Source: the human T2T-CHM13v2.0 reference genome, Homo sapiens
Reading direction: 5' to 3' (one strand)
NCBI RefSeq assembly: GCF_009914755.1
Contig: NC_060944.1
DNA length: 64,000 bases
In this document: positions 31,055 through 57,424 of the stretch, piece after piece
Numbering within the stretch: position 1 is the first letter of the stretch
Layout of the letters: each line of letters opens with the position of its first letter
Translations under genes and position numbers: made by a program
Notes under the pieces: generated by a model
Told to the model about the DNA's origin: nothing
Seen by the model: the letters and a program-made list of their open reading frames with translations, nothing else
Databases searched by the model: none

Positions 31055-31992
31055 GTGAGTACAGTCCTGCTGTGGCCCTCCCTCGGGGCAAGGGCTCTGG
31101 GAGAACAGTGTGCCTGGGACAGACTTTGCCAAGGAGGGGAAAAGGGAGTTCCTTACTCAGCCCCTGAAAACAAAACCAAATAAAACAGGGCAAATGGACC
31201 TTTGTAGGATCTCTCTTCCCAAGCTGGCATTCAGGGTACACTGCTGTAAACATCTTCCAGCTCCTCAGCATGCCTGGTGGTCTTCAGGCTCTGAGACATT
31301 TGCAGCATGTGGTGCATATTTGCATTTCTTCCTGTAAGTCAGGAGTGAACAGGTGTTCGGTTTCTCAACAGTGAGACTGAAACTGAGGGGAAGTGATGCT
31401 TTCAGCAGGCTTCATGGTGAGGCCCCTGCAGGGCTGGCAGGTGCTACCACATTCGAGTATTTAGAGCCTCCTGATGGTGAGGGGGTTCCCCTCAGGACCT
31501 CCTTCTCAGGCCCTCCCACCCCTGACCCACAGGTGTCTGGGAGGGAGGGGGTGTGGCAGGAGCTGCCATATGTCTTACTGCCTGGGCTGCTCAGAAAGCA
31601 TGTCACCAGATCCTTTCCTGCCCCATTTCCTCATCTCCCCCTCTTCTGTGTAATCTGAACTCTTCAGGGAATAAAAATGCTCTCCTAGAAAAAAGCAGGG
31701 GTCCCTGACGTACAAGGAATTAAAGACTTGTGATGGTGGCCCCTTGTGTTCGGTTGGTAGGGAGCGGCTTCCCACAGGGGACCGAGTTTGCCCTCTCGTG
31801 TAGCAAAGGGAAACCGCCCATGTTCCGGCATGTGGGCTTGCAGTGAGTGGTGGCTGCATGGAACAGGACACACCTACCCAAGGTGTGCCTAGTCCCAGGC
31901 CATAGGCCCCTGAGCCTAGTACTTAACCAGGCCCCCAGCCCGAGGTCCCAGAAGTTCTCACAGATTGGTTTGTTCTTCTGTTCTTTTCCCAG

Positions 31993-32085
31993 AACCGCAC
32001 TGACCAGCAATGCCAGTACAGGTGGCTGAGAGTTTTGAATCCAGACCTTGTCAAGGGGCCATGGACCAAAGAGGAAGACCAAAAA
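31993..32085 (+). CDS. MYBL2: B-Myb exon 4 (NRTDQQCQYRWLRVLNPDLVKGPWTKEEDQK), R1/R2
   Basis: cccag|AAC...AAA|gtaact, 93 nt, phase 0-0. Confidence 0.97.
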
Positions 32086-32749
32086 GTAACTGCTGGGACA
32101 GTGCCTTGCACACAGTGGGTCTTCACCCACCAGTGTACCTGGGGACTGTGAGATTGCCTTGTGTTGGGGTTGGGGGTGTCAAGCTGAGCATTGGGTGTGA
32201 GTTGTCTACCAGCCAGTCTGGACACTCTTATGCTGCCCTGGCTCCAGCCCTGAGATTCCAAGTTTCAGAGTGTCTCCAGGCTTCCTCACTCATGGTCTGA
32301 GGGCTATTGGGCTGATTACTCGGCTTCTCTTGTTCCACCCATGGAGGGGAGCAGTAGCAGTGCAGCGTTGTCATGAGAATTAAGCAGGTGATGCTTGTAG
32401 GGGGCTTGCAGGTTCTGTACATTTGCTCTCAGCAAATGGCAGCTGCTGCTATCCCTGATTTAATGATGATTGCACCCTGTGACCTTCACAGGGCACAGAT
32501 GCCTTCTTTTGATCGCCACAGCAGTCCTGTGAGGTGGGCAGAAGTTGTTAGTCCCATTTTATAGATGGAGAGAGCAAGGCTCAGAGAGGTTGGGGATGTC
32601 CCCAACCTAGAAGAGGCAATAAGTGCCATGACTGCCTGGGGCTACCTTGGGAGTTCCCTCATCTCTTCTCCTCGATACCAGCCCAGAGGATGCCATTCCA
32701 CTGAGGCAGGCATGGCTTATGAGAAAGAGGGAGATGAAGGGAACTAGGC

Positions 32750-35278
<2,529 letters not shown>

Positions 35279-36050
35279 TTAAAAAAAAAAATCAAAGTGA
35301 TATGTGGTTGCTATAAAAATTTAAACCATACAGAAGTGAAGTCAAATATTTCTTCACCAAAATCTTTGCCAAAAGAAGCATCCACTCTTCCCAGTTTCTT
35401 GTGGCCTGTGTGCACATGAGAACGCGTGTGTCTGTTGTGTAGGTGGGGCCTGGCCTGGCTCTTGTGGCTGCGTATGTTGTGGTTTGTGTCCTGAGCTAGG
35501 AAGCCTGACTGAGGGCAGGTGGGGACTCAGGTCTGGCTAGGTCAGCCCGCGATGCCTGCTACCATGGCTCAGCCTGTGCCCTCCCAATTTCCATGGAAGT
35601 GCTGGAGGGTCTTGTGGCAGCCTGGGGCCTGGCTGGTGTGGGAAAGTCTGTTTCCCACCTTTAGTTTGGACTCCGTGTGTGTTGTTCCTCCTCATCCCTC
35701 TGCTCTTTTCTACTTAGCTTATTGGGTTGAGCCCTGGAGAGGGAAGCAGGACTCTGGCGCCTTTGTTTACCCCCACTTGATCTCTACTCTAGAAAGGGTC
35801 TCTGGTATTCTTGGCCTAGATTTATTCCAGGCAATAAATGAGAGGGATGCGGTCAGATCCTCAGGTAGGCCCTGTGGGCTACACAAAGTCATCCTGGGTG
35901 GCATCCCCTGCAGCTCGCTCAGTGTTGCCTGAGGGGATGTGGTAGGTGGCACCTCTCAGGGCCATGGCAAGGCTCAGGTGGATGTGAAGGGCTATGGTGG
36001 GGGCGAGAGAGGGGCCGGTGCAAGTGGCTACCCAGAGACTTTTCTCTAAG

Positions 36051-36271
36051 GTCATCGAGCTGGTTAAGAAGTATGGCACAAAGCAGTGGACACTGATTGC
36101 CAAGCACCTGAAGGGCCGGCTGGGGAAGCAGTGCCGTGAACGCTGGCACAACCACCTCAACCCTGAGGTGAAGAAGTCTTGCTGGACCGAGGAGGAGGAC
36201 CGCATCATCTGCGAGGCCCACAAGGTGCTGGGCAACCGCTGGGCCGAGATCGCCAAGATGTTGCCAGGGAG
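36051..36271 (+). CDS. MYBL2: B-Myb exon 5 (VIELVKKYG...GKQCRERWHNHLNP...WAEIAKMLPGR-), R2/R3
   Basis: ctaag|GTC...GGGAG|gtaag, 221 nt. Contains the canonical Myb motif KQCRERWHNHL. Confidence 0.98.
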
Positions 36272-36931
36272 GTAAGCTGTCTTCTTGGGGGTTGGGACAG
36301 GTTCCCGGGAGGCCAGGCCCGTGTTTCTGATGGAGGAGGGTTCCTGGGTGGGTATTGTGGTCCTGTGCTCTTGTTCTGTAACACCCAGCCTCGGCTCCAG
36401 GGCTCCCAGAGGCATGCATAGTCAGGAGGAAGGGTGGTTCCCCAGGGAAGGCCCTGTCTTCTGTCAGCTTAAAAGAACAGATGGTGATAAGGGAGGCCTC
36501 AGCAAGAAATCGGGAACCCTGGAGTCTAGTTCTCATCCTGTTCCCAGCTCACTGTGTCTTCTTGGTTAGCCTCTTCTCTTCGACTTCAGTTTCTTCTAAC
36601 ACAGAATAGGCTTGAGATGTGGGATAGATGGGCTTTCTTTAAGAAGAAAATGATCAAAAATCAGGTAGTACTATAATCTGCTAAAAGGTGTTTTTTGTTT
36701 TTCTTTTTCTTAAAAGGTTTAATAATGAAAAACATCAGTCTTTGTCACCACTCTGTTAAATGACTCTACTAAAACAGACTCATCTTTTTGAGTTCTTTAT
36801 CTCTTTAAGTGATGTGCCATTTTTCATATTGATCCTCTGCTATGGGAGATTAGCTTTCTTAGGCTTTCCCACTCCCCATATGTCCCTATTGCTCCAATAA
36901 TGTATGATAGTTATTAAAATAATAATGTTTA

Positions 36932-37278
<347 letters not shown>

Positions 37279-37361
37279 TCATCTGTTTTGCTTCATTTTC
37301 TAGGAGACTTCTTATCTTCTCTTTTTTTGAAATTATTTTCCCTAAAAATTTTACTTTCTAA

Positions 37362-37697
<336 letters not shown>

Positions 37698-38007
37698 TAA
37701 AACAGGGTTCTCACTCTGTCACCTAAGCTGGAGTGCAGGGGCATAATCATGGCTCATTGCAGCTTCACCCTCCTGAACTCAAGCAATCCTTCTGCCTCAG
37801 CCTTCCAAGGACCTGGGACTACAAGCTCATGCCAGCATACCCAGCTAGTTTTAAAATTTTTTGTAGGGGCAGGGTCTCCCTATGTTGCCCAGGCTGGTCC
37901 CAAAGTGCTGGGATTACAGGCATGAGCCACCACACCTGGCCTGGCACCCTATTCTTATTTTGTGGTTTCAATAGCTTACTTCTCTGTCAATATTATATTT
38001 TTTTTAA

Positions 38008-38112
<105 letters not shown>

Positions 38113-39101
38113 TGAGTAGCTGGGATTATAGGCGCCCGCCACCACACCTGACTAATTTTTGTATTTTTAGTAGAGATGGGGTTTTGCCATCTTGGCCAGG
38201 CTAGTCTTGAACTCCTGACCTCAGGTGATCTGCCTGCCTTGGGCCTCCCGAAGTGCTGAGATTACAGGTGTGAGCCACCGCACCTGGCCCTAAGCTGGAT
38301 ATTGTTCCCCTGTTTTCCATCTTATGAAAACTTGTAAAAAATCTCTTACTAGTGGCTGTCTTCTACCTGTTTCTCTTTGTCCTTGTGAATTTTTGCCTTG
38401 CTTTATTTTGAATCCCTTTTTTTGTCATGGCAGTGTGGTCCTGGCAGGGAGAGAAAATGCCAGATGGTGTGTTTTCCCCAAAGTCTGAAATGATCCCTTT
38501 TCAAAGCTCAAACCTGAATGTGTCATCTTTCTGGGGCTTCCCCTGACACTTGGGTTGGAAACTCTGGCTTCTTTCCCCCCATGGCCTGTTTGGCTCACAG
38601 GTGCCACCAGCCTCACCTTGATCCACTGTCACTTGTGCTTACTCGGTGTTAGCTGCTTTGCCTCCTTTCAGTCCCTCGAACCCTGAGCTCTTCTCAGAGC
38701 TCCTAGTGCTCCTCTGTCGGCCTGCAGTGCACTCCCGCTTGTGCCTATTGTGTAGCTAATGTGTTCTCATCCTTCAGTTCTCAGTGGGGGTGCTATTTCT
38801 TCAGAGAAGTTTTCTCTGTTCTCCCAGACTGTGGTTGGTCTCTGGTGACCTCTGTGTTGTGCCCACACCTGTCTGCAGAGTAGTGTGTACCCCAGTTGTA
38901 GCTGAAGATAACATTCATCTCCCCTGCTAGATTTAACTGTCAATGGCAGCCACTTGTCTTATTTACCAGATGGATCCCCAGTGCCTACAATAATGCCTGG
39001 CACACAGTGGGTGCTTTTTATATGCGAGCAAAAGAAGGAGTCTCACTATAGCTTGGGGCACCCCAGACTCTGGTCTTGGGGAGTGGGAGGGCTGGGGAGG
39101 T

Positions 39102-39777
<676 letters not shown>

Positions 39778-40572
39778 ACCTTTGCCCAGTGAGCATTGTG
39801 TCCCTGAAGGCTTAGAGTGCAAATGATCCGAGGATATTCTCTTAGACTGGGTGCTCAGTTAAGCTGTTACTCTCTGTTCACTTTTCAAGGAAAGAGTATT
39901 CTGCTTGGCACTCCAAAGAAGGTGGTGACTACTATGTGTCAGCACAGTACCTTTGTATTTTTAGTAGAGATGGGGTTTCACTATGTTGGCCAGGCTGGTC
40001 TTGAACTCCTGACCTCAGGTGATCCACCTGCCTCAGCCTCCCAAAGTGCTGGGATTACAGGCGTGAGCCACCGCGCCTGACCTGCCGCTTGCTTCTCACC
40101 ACTATACTTCTATACACTTTTGTGGTACTATCCCGTCCTTCTGTATTACTCTATGCCTTTATTACTACATGTTTCTCTGCTACTCTACTCTGTGCTTTAT
40201 GCTACTGTTCTACTGTAGATGTGTCTCCTCCCTGAATCTTCAGTGAGTGATGGAGTATGACGTAGTCTTCTGACCTTCCAGATAAAGAAACCAAGGCTTA
40301 GGGAGGTGAACAGTTCTGGGCCTTCTGCCCTCTTTGGCCACTTATCAGTCTGTGGGAGGTGAACAGGCCTTGCATCTGAGGTCAGCGTGAGACTCAGTGG
40401 AAATGAGCAGACAGTGTTGCTTATGGCTTCTACACATTCGAAGTGGGCAGGGAAGGGGGTGAGAGTTCCAAGCACATATCTTCAGTTTTATAATTTTTAA
40501 AAAATTTAAAATTTTTTTTTTCATTTTTATTTATTTTTGAGATGGAGTCTCACTCTGTTGCCCAGGCTGTAG

Positions 40573-40916
<344 letters not shown>

Positions 40917-41355
40917 TAGTAGAGACAGGGTTTCTCTGTGTTGGTCAGGCTGGTCTCGAACTCCCGATCTCAGGTGATCTGCTCGCCTAGGCCGCCCAGA
41001 GTGCTGGGATCACAGGTGTGGTGAGCCACCGCACTCGGCAATTTTTTTTTTTTTTTAATTAAAAAAAATTTTGTTTTTTACCTGAACCTGACAGTAGCTG
41101 GTGCCATTTTATAATTTTTGCCATAGCCTGAATGATTCAGTTGCTTATTTCACAGAGCTTCGTGGAAATGCTCTGTAAATTATTAGGGCTAGAGACTTGT
41201 GAGACTTCATCTTGGAACTGAAAGAGACCTTAGAGTTCATCTAGTGGAAGATTCATTTACAGGAGCAGGAACTTGGCTTAGGGAGGTTAGTGATGTGCCT
41301 GATGGCACCCCACCCACAGAGCTGGGGTTCAAAGGCCCCCTGCTGCCCCCTGCAG

Positions 41356-41518
41356 GACAGACAATGCTGTGAAGAATCACTGGAACTCTACCATCAAAAG
41401 GAAGGTGGACACAGGAGGCTTCTTGAGCGAGTCCAAAGACTGCAAGCCCCCAGTGTACTTGCTGCTGGAGCTCGAGGACAAGGACGGCCTCCAGAGTGCC
41501 CAGCCCACGGAAGGCCAG
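41356..41518 (+). CDS. MYBL2: B-Myb exon 6 ([16 protein letters not shown]...PTEGQ), end of R3
   Basis: tgcag|G ACA...CAG|gtgag, 163 nt. Confidence 0.97.
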
Positions 41519-41848
41519 GTGAGACAGCTGCTCAGCCTTTGGCTTGGTTTGATTTCACATTCATCTGACACCATCTCATTGAACACCTTGTCCACAGCTA
41601 TTGGTCAGTTTCTGCCACAGAGTCTAAAAGTGGGCTCTGTGCTTCTGGGGCCTTGTGAGACTTCTGCACATAACTGGCACTTGTCTGCCTGCAGATGAAG
41701 GATAGCAGAGCAAGCTGATTATATAAAACTGTGAATTAGTTAAGGAGATCCTCAGCCTCCATCTCTCCTTGCTGGTGGCCACCTTCTTACCTGTTGCTCA
41801 TTTTAATTTTTTAAAACTGAAAGCATGTTTGCAATAAAAAAATCAGAG

Positions 41849-48545
<6,697 letters not shown>

Positions 48546-48957
48546 CTCTGTGTATTACTTCTTTCATCTGAGCCATTTGAGAGTTAGTTATGTAGCATAG
48601 ATTCCTAAGAATAAGGCCATTTGCTTACATAACCACAATAAAGTTATATTCAATCCAGGGAATTTAAGCCTAATTCAGGATCTTTATCTACAGTTTATAT
48701 TCCATTTTTCCCTGTCCATGATGCAGTCTAAGACCAGACATTGCATTTAGTTGTCCTATCCCTTTAGTCAGCCTTTCTTAGTGTCATGATGTTGACATTT
48801 TGGAAGTATATGGTATGGCTAATTATTCTGTAGAATGTTTCTCTATTTGGGTTCATCACAGTTTCCTTCTTAGATTCAGGTTGTGTGGTTTAGCTGGAAA
48901 CTACTATATAGTCTATATCTCAGCGAAATGCAAATGGTGTATTCTTGTGTCTTACAG

Positions 48958-49245
48958 GGAAGTCTTCTGACCAACTGGCCCTCCGTCCCTCCTACCATAA
49001 AGGAGGAGGAAAACAGTGAGGAGGAACTTGCAGCAGCCACCACATCGAAGGAACAGGAGCCCATCGGTACAGATCTGGACGCAGTGCGAACACCAGAGCC
49101 CTTGGAGGAATTCCCGAAGCGTGAGGACCAGGAAGGCTCCCCACCAGAAACGAGCCTGCCTTACAAGTGGGTGGTGGAGGCAGCTAACCTCCTCATCCCT
49201 GCTGTGGGTTCTAGCCTCTCTGAAGCCCTGGACTTGATCGAGTCG
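48958..49245 (+). CDS. MYBL2: B-Myb exon 7 (GSLLTNWPS...EEENSEEE...LDLIES), acidic transactivation region
   Basis: tacag|GGA...TCG|gtatg, 288 nt, phase 0-0. Confidence 0.97.
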
Positions 49246-51147
49246 GTATGTTGGTCACAACACTTCACAGTGAGCACAGAACACCCCCAGCAGGAAGTGC
49301 TTCTCTCTCAGGCCCACATCCTTTTGCTCATTCCATCGCCCTGCTAACAGTTACTGACTTGATGCTGAATGCCTAGCCCTGACCCAAGGGCTGGGGACAC
49401 CAGGGTTGTCAGCATGCAGTCCCTATCCTTGGGGAGCTCCCGGTGTGTGCAGCAGGAGTTTGTGGTGGCATCTGACCTCTATGTATGGCACAGGGCGGGG
49501 TGGGAAGGCTGCCCAGAGGAGGTGGCACTGAACTGAGTCCTAAAGGTTGACTGGCAGGTGACAGCACAGGACAGCGTGGTATTTGTGGCATCACACATGG
49601 TTGGGTCTCCCTGAAGAGGAGCCCAGGAAATGCCAAGTCTTGGTGCTGGTCTTGGAGTGGTGAGTGGGTTCTGGTTACTCAGGGTGGGGCAGCCATTGAG
49701 CCCGTGTTGTGGTTACTGTGTTGGCTGTGTGGTTGTGTCCTTTGAGGAGGGCTTCTTGGTGTGACACCCCGGCTCCTGGCTGCATCGGCCAGGCCTGCTG
49801 TGTAGAGCGGGTTTTGGGAGGTGAAAGACCAGAGGCCTGGTCACTAGGGTGGGGAGTTCAGTATGGGGGTCCGTGTTCGCCTTTCCACCCAGGTGTCTCC
49901 CATCCTAGAACATCTAACTGCCAGGGTCTGAGCTTAACATACAGTCTGCGTGGTATCCTGTGAGGTGTGTCATTTCTGTTTTTTAGGTGAAACTGAGGCT
50001 CAGAGAGGTCAAGTAGTGTACCCAAGGTTGCACAGCAAGTATACTTGGTGGTCTTGACTGCCATGCTATGCTCCTGCTACTATCGCTTGGCAGGCACAGC
50101 TCGCTTGTATTGAGCACCCACTGATTGCCGGAGCCAGTGCTTAATGAGTAATTACAGTACCTAACATTGGAGTGCTTGCCGCGTGCCAGGCCCATCACTT
50201 GCTACCTAATGTGTAGGCTCTTAGTTGGTCTTTAACAGCCTGTGAGGTGGGTAGTGGACTCATCAACAGTGAGAGCACCCCACGCTCAGAGAGGTTAGGA
50301 GACTTGGCCAGGTTCACACAGCCGGTGACCTCCAGGAACAGGAGTTAAACCTTGCTGTCCGGCTCAGAGCTCAGGCTCTTTCCACAATGACCTTCAGCGC
50401 CTGTTGGGGGAGTTACTGCGTGTGTGGAAATCCCATCTTCCCTCCTCTGCTCCGTCCACTTCAGTGGTCCTTGTAGGATGTACTTCTGGTCTACCAGACA
50501 CTGTCGGTGCTGGGTCCTCCCTGAATTGGGGTGTGGGCCTGAGGTCGGTCCTGCCCCCCAGCTGGCCTCCACCCTTAGGAGTGAACTACCCCAGGGAACC
50601 AGAACTCGGCTTTAGTGTCTGGGTCCACTCAGAAGCCAGAACCCAAAGACCAAAGTGGAAGCCTCTGTGTCCAGAAGCCTTTTGGTTTGTGTTGTGATTT
50701 ATTGGGTAAAGGAGGGAAAACCTGTAGTGACTCACGGGCTTGTTCTAGAAGCTGAGTGAGTAACTTTGGGAAGACCGAATCCCCTTAGCTCAGCTTCCTT
50801 GGTATGAAAGGGAAAGTAATGCTTCCCTAGCAGAATTGTGGGGATTGGAAATAACTTTTGTGAGCTGCCCCAAGGAGGCATCAATGATGAGTGACATCCC
50901 ATTCACTGCTCTATATTTCGTTCTATAAAAATATCTGCAGGCTGGGTACTGTGGTTCATGTCTGTAATCCCAGCACTTTGGGAGGCTGAGGTGAGAGGAT
51001 CACGTGAGCCCAGGAATTTGAGACCAGCCTGGGTAACACAGTGAAACACAGTCTCTATAAAAAATATTTTAAAAAATTAGCTGAAGCCGGGTGCAGTGGC
51101 TCACACCTGTCATCCCAGCACTTTTGGAGGCCAAGGTGGTCAGATCA

Positions 51148-51597
<450 letters not shown>

Positions 51598-51690
51598 TCA
51601 TACTTGACACTTAAATATTTCCCGTAATGAATGAGTCCTCTTGTATTAAGAGCATAGTAATTGCAATTCCTAACCTCCCTCCCTGGACAG

Positions 51691-52104
51691 GACCCTGATG
51701 CTTGGTGTGACCTGAGTAAATTTGACCTCCCTGAGGAACCATCTGCAGAGGACAGTATCAACAACAGCCTAGTGCAGCTGCAAGCGTCACATCAGCAGCA
51801 AGTCCTGCCACCCCGCCAGCCTTCCGCCCTGGTGCCCAGTGTGACCGAGTACCGCCTGGATGGCCACACCATCTCAGACCTGAGCCGGAGCAGCCGGGGC
51901 GAGCTGATCCCCATCTCCCCCAGCACTGAAGTCGGGGGCTCTGGCATTGGCACACCGCCCTCTGTGCTCAAGCGGCAGAGGAAGAGGCGTGTGGCTCTGT
52001 CCCCTGTCACTGAGAATAGCACCAGTCTGTCCTTCCTGGATTCCTGTAACAGCCTCACGCCCAAGAGCACACCTGTTAAGACCCTGCCCTTCTCGCCCTC
52101 CCAG
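51691..52104 (+). CDS. MYBL2: B-Myb exon 8 (DPDAWCDL...KRQRKRR...TPKSTPVKTLPFSPSQ)
   Basis: gacag|GAC...CAG|gtgcg, 414 nt, phase 0-0. Has a basic NLS-like KRQRKRR, T440-P and T444-P. Codon 427 (52018-52020) is AGC (Ser). Confidence 0.97.
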
Positions 52105-52981
52105 GTGCGTGGACCCCACTCTGGCTGCTTATTGGGTCGGTACAGACACCTAGTGTTCAGTGCTGGGGCAAGGGTGAGCAAAACGAGACCTGGCTCTGCC
52201 CTCATGCAGCTTATGCTCTGGTAGGAAGACCAGGTAACTAAAAAAGACTCAGAAAATGTGATAATCAGGATGAAAGAGAAGGCTTATGGTGCTGCATATG
52301 TGTATCTAGTCTGGGCAAGTCCAGGAAGACTGCCAGGAGGAGAAGGAGGATGCTGGTAACTGGGTAATGAAGGAGAGGAAGAGAACTGTCGTGTTTGTTC
52401 AGTCCACGTATGGAACCTATTTCACAGCAGACTTACCAGCACTGGGGAGCAAAGATGAAGATGATGGGTTGTCTCCAGCACTGGCTGGCCCTGCCTGGTC
52501 CTGGGAAGACCTGGGATAGCCAGTGCTGGGGATGGGCTTGTAATGAATTAACCAGAATAGAGTGTGGGAAGTGCCATGTGATAGCAATTGCGAAGTCACT
52601 GAGAACTCACTGTTCTGGGTGTTGCCCCTGGGTGCTCTGTTAGTAACACACAGAGCCTCGGGAGCCGGGATGGGTGCCAGGGTCTCTCTGAGATAGAGGT
52701 CATGGGGGGCACCTGGCCTTCCTGCAGAGAGGTGTCTGGGCTGGGTCTCCTTGAGCACCTTGACCAAAGGCACAGAAAAGGAAGGACAGAGTGGATGTGT
52801 GGAGTGGTGGGGGGTGGCGCAGGGCCTTGGTGGGCCTAGGTATAACTTAGGGCTTTGGCTCTCATTAGGTTTGTTCTTCCTGTGAGGCTGTGGGAGAGAG
52901 CGAGGCCCTGAGGTGGCCTGGTGCAGGAGGCCACCCTGTCATCACGGGTCAGGATGGCTAGTGGCATTTTGAGAGAGACCC

Positions 52982-53631
<650 letters not shown>

Positions 53632-54419
53632 TGCCGCAAGTGAGGGCTGCTGGCTGGAGAAGGAAGGCAGCGGGTCCCTCAGCTACTATTTGGGAAGCTC
53701 AGGATGATGGAGCGTGGTCGCTCTACTCCAGAGACCCCATTTAGGGTGGTGACCCTGAGGGTTGCAGATGGCTCTCTATTATAGCACCTTCAGGGCAGGG
53801 AGGGAAGAGAGCGGGGTGCTTCAAAGGATGGATGTTGGCTTAGATCTAGATTTCATTCTCACTTCTAGCACTCAGTGCAAGACTCAAAACCTCTCTAAGC
53901 GTTGGTTTTCTTATCTGTAAAAGGGGGATAGTAATAGTGCCTATGTCTCAGGATTTGTGGTAACTAATTGAAATTATTTGTGTGAAGTGCTTAGCACTGG
54001 CAAGAGAAGGTGCCCTCTAAATGATAACCCCACCGCCACCAGCACACTACAACTGTCACATGCCTTTTGCCTTCACAGGTCAGTTCAGAGCTAGTTTTAT
54101 TTCTTCTGAGAAGGAGCCACTCTCCCACAGTTGGCTTCCTGTGCCTTAACTGCGTCGTCAGCACTCGAGTAGAGATGGCAAAAGCTAGGATTAGGGTGAC
54201 GGAAGCCCAGAGGTCTGTGTGAACCTGCTTGGTGGGCTCCTGGCATCGATCTGTCCCAGTCCTTGTTCTCGGGTGTCTGATGGGTCAAGAGGGGACCTCA
54301 GTATCAGAGCAGACGTTTTGGGGGAGAGGCTCAAGGATCTCTCCCCATGATCCCCTGAGGTCTCAGGGATACTCATGCAGGTCATCATTTTGTCTTGTTC
54401 CCTCTCTCTTCTTTGGCAG

Positions 54420-54559
54420 TTTCTGAACTTCTGGAACAAACAGGACACATTGGAGCTGGAGAGCCCCTCGCTGACATCCACCCCAGTGTGCAGCCAGAAG
54501 GTGGTGGTCACCACACCACTGCACCGGGACAAGACACCCCTGCACCAGAAACATGCTGC
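54420..54559 (+). CDS. MYBL2: B-Myb exon 9 (FLNFWNKQ...[17 protein letters not shown]-), conserved region
   Basis: ggcag|TTT...GC|gtgag, 140 nt. CDK-type sites T487-P and T494-P. Confidence 0.97.
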
Positions 54560-54824
54560 GTGAGTGCTGCAGTGCCCCCAACCTTCGCCGTCCTCTCCCT
54601 CAGCAACACCAGACCATGGGCCTTGGGACCACTGGTGGAACAGTGGGGAGGGGGCACCCTTGGAATAACACTGAAGACTGTTTTAAGAAAGCCCTCTCCT
54701 TTCTGGCCACCACGATTTATCATTTTTATCGATATAGTTTTGGGCTCCACCTTTGCTTTTCCTCATTTGTATTTTTTAATTTGATAGTTTCCTTTTTTGT
54801 GATCCTCCTGCCTCAGCCTCCTGA

Positions 54825-55106
<282 letters not shown>

Positions 55107-55859
55107 TAGCCAGGATGGTGTCGATCTCCTGACCTCGTGATCCTCCTGCCTCAGCCTCCCAAAATGCTGGGATTACAGGCGTGAGCCACCACACCCGGCT
55201 AAAATTTTTTTAAGAGGTGAGGTCTTGCTACTTTATCTGGGCTGGTCTTGAACTGGCCTTAAAGTGATCTTCCTGCCACAGCCTCCCAAAACGCTGGGAT
55301 TACAGGCGTGAGCTACTGCACCTGGCCCTCATTTGATAATTTTCTGTCTCAGGAATGGAGAGTCCAAATTAGCCTGAAAAACATAATCTCTTCCGCTTCC
55401 TAAGGTTTCAGGTGCAAATTCGTTGTGTTTGAGCAGCCTTATGTGCAGGGCGAAAGTGCCCATCCCTCTATCAAGAGTGGAGACTGCATTCCTGTCCTCT
55501 GAGCTTACGGAGCATGACATTTTCTGTCTGGAAGCCTGTACAGGTTGCTCGCCAGCCTGCTTTTACAATGGAAGTGCTTTTACAATAAGTTTACTTCCTT
55601 GGGTCATCATGATTCTAAATTCCAGGTAGAGAGAGTTGCTTAACTATTCCTCTGCTTGATACATTTGCTGGAGGAGGAAATCGCTATTTTGTGATTCAGA
55701 AATCAGCTCAGGAATTTTAGCCCTGATAGTGATACATAATTTCGGGAAAAGATTTGTGAATCCCTTAGTCAGAAATCAGTCTCCAAAGTCCGGCTCAGTG
55801 GCTCACACTTGTAATCCCAGCGCTTGGGAGGCCAAGGTGGGAGGATCACTTGAGACTAG

Positions 55860-56195
<336 letters not shown>

Positions 56196-57310
56196 TGAGC
56201 CACTGCTCCCAGCCAAAAAAAATTTTTTTAATTAGCTGGGCGTGGCCGTGTGTGCCTGTAGTCCCAGCTACTCGGGAGGCTGAAGTGGGAGGATTGCTTG
56301 AGCCCAGGAGTTTGAAGCTGCAGTGAGCTATGATTGGCTACTGCACTCCAGCCTAGGTGACAAAGCGTGACTCTCTTTCTAGTTTTTTTTTTTTTTAAAA
56401 AAAAAAGAGAAAAAAGAAATCAGTCTCTAAAGAGTTGATCTAAAGCATAACTTAGATAGGTTTCGTGAGAAATGATTGTCCGTTCAAACCAGAATCTTGG
56501 ACTTCGCATCTAAGCCCTTAAACAGAGATGCTGTCACTACAAAAGGCATTGATACTTCTCTCTCTCCCTTTCTTTCTTATCCATGTGGCCTCATTTGCTG
56601 CCTCCTTCCAATTCCTTTTTTCCATAGGAAGAAGCATCTCCAGTGCTCTTCATTCCTCTTTAGATCCATATTTCCATCTGGTTCCTTCTGAAGGCCATCC
56701 TTTAACCATGTAGTGTGGGCTTGCTGGTGATGAGTTCTAATTTTTATATTTTTTTGCTAATTTTTCTATTTTTTTGTAGAGATGGGGTTTCGCCATATTG
56801 GCCAGGCTGGTCTCGAACTCCTGACTCAAATGGCCTGCCTCGGCCTCCCAAAGTGCTGGGATTACAGGCGTGAGCTGTAATCCAGCTGTTATTCCTTTGT
56901 AGAGAGTCTCTTTAGTTATCCCTCAAATTTGACAGGCTGTATGGTGGTGTGGTATTTCTCTATTTTTTTCCCCCCCGGCTTTCATATCAGACTAAAGATT
57001 CAAACCTTGAGCTGAGGAAGTGTTTATTTCTTTAGTTTTTCTTTCCCTGTCTGCCCCTTCTCCTACCTTAGGAATTCCTTCATATATAGGCTGGATTGGT
57101 CTCTGTGTCTTTTTCGTCTTCATACGCCTCTTCACCATCTTAAGCCATTTCCTTAATCTTCGGAGAACATGATGGGATTGTTTTCTGATTCACCAGTTTG
57201 GTTGTCTGTGGTTTCCAACTTGCTGAATTCTCTGATTTACAGAGCTGCATTTTTTATCTCCAAGCAATCTTTTGAATTCCCTTTTCAAGTCAGCCTCCCT
57301 GCCTCCCTGA

Positions 57311-57424
<114 letters not shown>

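Noticed and set aside
40100-40220. Degenerate TACTC/CTAT-rich stretch
   Set aside because: Looks like a decayed simple repeat with no further structure.
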